From Gammaproteobacteria bacterium (GTDB lineage Bacteria > Pseudomonadota > Gammaproteobacteria > Eutrophobiales > Eutrophobiaceae), in contig CBDCDS010000003.1 in the NCBI GenBank assembly GCA_965215365.1, forward strand, positions 1,760,001 through 1,824,000: a stretch of DNA of 64,000 nucleotides, written 5' to 3'. Positions 61,001 to 64,000 of this stretch are shown here, in pieces. Within the stretch, counting starts at the first letter, position 1, and every line of letters begins with the position of its first letter. Made by a program: the position numbers and the translations under genes. The notes beneath the pieces were generated by a model that saw only the letters and a program-made list of their open reading frames with translations, was not told the DNA's origin and made no database searches.

Positions 61001-63866
61001 GCATTATGCGCCACGACTTCCGGCCGGTGCTGGAACCTGCGCTGGAAGCCATCTATGCCATTGAGGAAACCGGCAAAACAGCCGGGCTGCAACGGGCCTT
61101 ACACCACCTTGCCGCGGAGGCAGAGCGCATCGCAGAAACCTACGCAGACATGGGCGCCGACCATGCGGGGCCATTGTTTAACCGCGTCATGGGCAACCAG
61201 GCCTCAGACGGTGCCTTCTTTACCCGACCCGTGGCCGCGTCGCTGGCCGCCCGGCTGACGCTTGATGCCTGCGGCGACCAGGACTGGTCTGACCCCGAGG
61301 TATGGTGCGCGCACAAGACCGTCGATCTGGCCTGTGGCAGCGGCACGCTGCTGGCCGCCATGCTCACCGACATGAAGCGCCGGGCCAGCGCGCGCGGCGC
61401 GGACACAGAAGCCCTGACCGCCCTGCAAAAAATCGCAGTGGAAGACACCATCAAAGGGCTGGATATCAACCCGGTATCACTGCAACTGGCAGCCTCGCAA
61501 CTCACCGCCGGCAACCAGCGCGTCAGCTATCGGAGAATGGGATTGCACCTCATGCCCTACGGCCCCGACCGTCATGCCCCGGACCGAGTCTATGCCGGCA
61601 CGCTGGAACTATTGGGACAACGAGCTGTAGTGCAACGGCCGAACGAACTGGATCTGGGCGACGCCGCCATCGGTTCGCAAGCAACATGGGAGACAACGGA
61701 TGCCGCCGAACTGGAAGATGCCGTGGAGGCAGTGCAGGGCGCGCGTATTGTCATTATGAACCCGCCGTTTACCAACCGTTCAAAGATGGGCGAGAAGTTT
61801 CCTGCCGAGACGCAAAAGTCCCTGCGTCACCGCGCCGACCGGATGGAACAAATACTGGTACGCAACGATGAATTGTTGTCCGATTTTGTTGACAAGAACG
61901 CACTTGAACCATTGTTCACGGCTCTATCCGATAAGTGTGTGCAGGAGGAGAATGGCGTTCTGACAATGATCAATCCCACCGTTGCCCTTTGTGCACCGTC
62001 TGCACTGAACAAACGGCAAATCATGGCACAACGCTTTCATATCCACACCATACTGACATCGCACCAGCCTAAAAATGTCAACCTGAGCCAGCATACCGAC
62101 ATCAATGAAAGCATCGTGGTGATGCGACGGCATGACGGCAATAAACCGCGAACTCGGTTCATCAGCCTCGATAGATTGCCCGCCGATGAAAGTGAAGTTG
62201 CCGAGTTTCATCAATCCTTACTGAACTGCAAGAAAGGATTGATCCCCAACGGATGGGGGGAGGTTTCCTATTGGCCCGCGAGCCGCATGGGGGCTGGCGA
62301 TTGGACGGCCGCTATCTGGCGCTCCTCGGAGTTGGCGGAAGCCGCGTACCAGTTCGCCAATCACGAGTCACTTCTGTCAATGGAGACGCAGGACATGGTG
62401 CCGTCCGCGGTGTTAAGTGGGGGCGGACAGATGCGTGATTTTGGACAAGCCGAAATTGATGCGTTAGGTGTTTTTCCTGTCCTGTATTCCAAGAGCGCGG
62501 AGATCCAGCGGACCATTCTAGGCGTACCCGATCAGCACTGGGCACCAAGAAGACATGTTCCACGCACTGAGTGGGTTAAGGTGCCTGGAATCGACGATCT
62601 TCAACACCCTCTCACTGCTGGGCGTATCGTCCCGTCAGCCTCCTACCTGTTAGTGACAAGCGGCCAAAACTCCGCCACAGGTCGCCTAACCCAAGTTTAA
62701 CATTTTTCGCCTGTTGGGGCGGGAAATCGGGGTAATTTTGGCAGGTTTTCGGTTGTAAGTCATTGATTTATTATGGTGGTGGTGGCGGGAGGCAGCAATG
62801 TAGTGCCATAATCTTTATTTTTCTGTTGACACACCTTGTCATCGCCGGTAGGCTGTCCCGTATGTTCATCCGCCGCACCAAAACCCGTACCACCGCCACC
62901 TTCCGCCGGGACGACGGGCGCACCCTGCATGTGCGTAAGGCTACCCTCGCCGAACCGCCCCAGCAGGCACTCTACGAGGCACTCGGTATCAGCACCGCAC
63001 CGGGAGGAGTCCGAAAGAACATCGTCTGAGCCCGGCAACACGTATTCCAGTACCCACTTGTAGTGCCACTCGGCCCGCCAGAACTGCGTAACCGGCTGAT
63101 ATACAACAAGTTCGTTCAGACCTATGTTAAACTTGGGCTAACGGCTGTAGCGCAGCAGAAGCTATGTGTGGGCACCGGCTGGCTTCCCGTGCCGGGCGTG
63201 ACACTGCAACAAGCAAAGGCGCTCGCTGTCTTCCTTAACTCGACACCGGGGCGGCTACAACTCATGCGGAATGCTGGCAAAAATATAACATATCCCCAAT
63301 ACAATCCGGCAGCCTCGAAAGTCGTTCGCGTACCCAACGTTACGGATGAGCGCACTATCGAGTGGCTCGCGCGCTGCTGGGAACAGACAACCGAAACCGA
63401 AGTCCCCCAATACCGCGACGGCGACTGCGAAGTGCGCCGCCTGTGGGATGAGGCCGTCGCCGAGGCCTTATGCTGGGATGCCGCCGAGCTTGAACGCTTG
63501 CGCCGGTTGCTGCACGCCGAACCCCACGTGCGCGGTTTGGGCTACGGGCAGTACGCCGATGCAGTGGAGCTCGACCCCGCAGACCGTCAACGCTTCACAG
63601 AACTCGCCGACCGCTGGGAAATGGAAACCATGCTCGAGTCCAATACAGCACATGCGGTCGAACATCCGGCGCACAAGGAAATCATCAGCATGGGCGAATC
63701 GGTAGTGCCCCTGATACTGGAACGGATGCGAGGAGAGAGGGGGCACTGGTTTTTCGCCTTACGCGCCATCACAGGAGACAATCCTGTGAAGCCAGCCGAC
63801 AGAGGCAAGGTCGCAGTCATGGAGCAGGCCTGGCTGCAGTGGGGCGAAGTCAATGGATACGTCTGA
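58012..63866 (+). pseudogene. Type ISP-like single-polypeptide R-M enzyme (Mrr-like nuclease, SF2 helicase, N6-MTase, specificity region), interrupted by a MITE at 62690-63137
   Basis: DVGIDAVA...IAIQCK; LPCGTGKT; DEAH; TATP; QAVGRAMR; DLACGSGTLL; MNPPF. Removing the MITE plus one CTAA restores ...GRLTAVAQQK... and one ~1800-aa frame ending at 63866. Confidence 0.85.
62690..63137 (+). mobile_element. 448-bp non-autonomous IS1634-like derivative (MITE) with 14-bp TIRs and a CTAA target duplication
   Basis: CCCAAGTTTAACAT...ATGTTAAACTTGGG; CTAA at 62686-89 and 63138-41; mini-ORF 62862-63029 joins the transposase N-terminus (MFIRRTKTR) to its C-terminus (TATFRRDDGRTLHVRKAT...LYEALGI). Confidence 0.85.
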
Positions 63867-64000
63867 TTTCAGGCAAACGCTTATAGAGCTATTCCCAAGA
63901 CTTTCTGTATCGCGTATGCCGCCGGCGACGTGAGCCAGTGGTGGGGCACTCTGGCAGAAGAAGATTACTGGCCCGATTACGCCACGCGCTCGACAAGCAT
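63853..64000 (+). pseudogene. Frameshifted or deleted gene of the FP.L...CIAYAAGD..WW...YWP family; runs off the right edge
   Basis: ATG at 63853 gives MDTSDFRQTLIELFPRL; another frame continues CIAYAAGDVSQWWGTLAEEDYWPDYATRS. Confidence 0.5.

Noticed and set aside
63063-63137. Independent gene starting at GTG 63063
   Set aside because: Its first 25 codons are MITE sequence; the rest is the displaced 3' part of the R-M gene.
54600-64000. Prophage or ICE integrated at tRNA-Ser
   Set aside because: No integrase, phage or conjugation genes and no distal att copy inside the window. Only an island-like gene content can be claimed.

Overview
GC-rich gammaproteobacterial chromosome segment. Most of it is conserved housekeeping synteny: purL-purB-tas, pyrC-rnt, gyrA-serC-pheA-hisC-tyrA-aroA-cmk-rpsA-ihfB-lapA, mfd-csiV, ftsK-lolA-rarA-serS, pntAA-AB-B and yccA next to tRNA-Ser(TGA). 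Accessory material is inserted throughout: a low-GC HpaI-like type II R-M pair plus a deleted DUF262 gene between aroA and cmk; an RTX protein; two TonB-dependent receptors; an intact IS with a 5-bp target duplication; an ATP-grasp/nucleotidyltransferase pair; and three decayed toxin genes. Downstream of tRNA-Ser lie 174-bp tRNA-linked repeats, two Rieske oxygenases with an AraC regulator, and a ~1800-aa type ISP-like R-M gene split by a 448-bp IS1634-derived MITE. The best candidate for an undescribed system is 48627-53672: a DPM1-like synthase fused to a GtrA flippase, a TMTC-like GT-C/TPR membrane transferase and a convergent ManC. Together they look like a complete bacterial, eukaryote-like lipid-linked mannosylation pathway (inference). 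Several dispersed palindromic repeat families are present, and one appears to supply the start codon and signal peptide of lolA. All family calls come from motif recognition by eye; no database searches were run.
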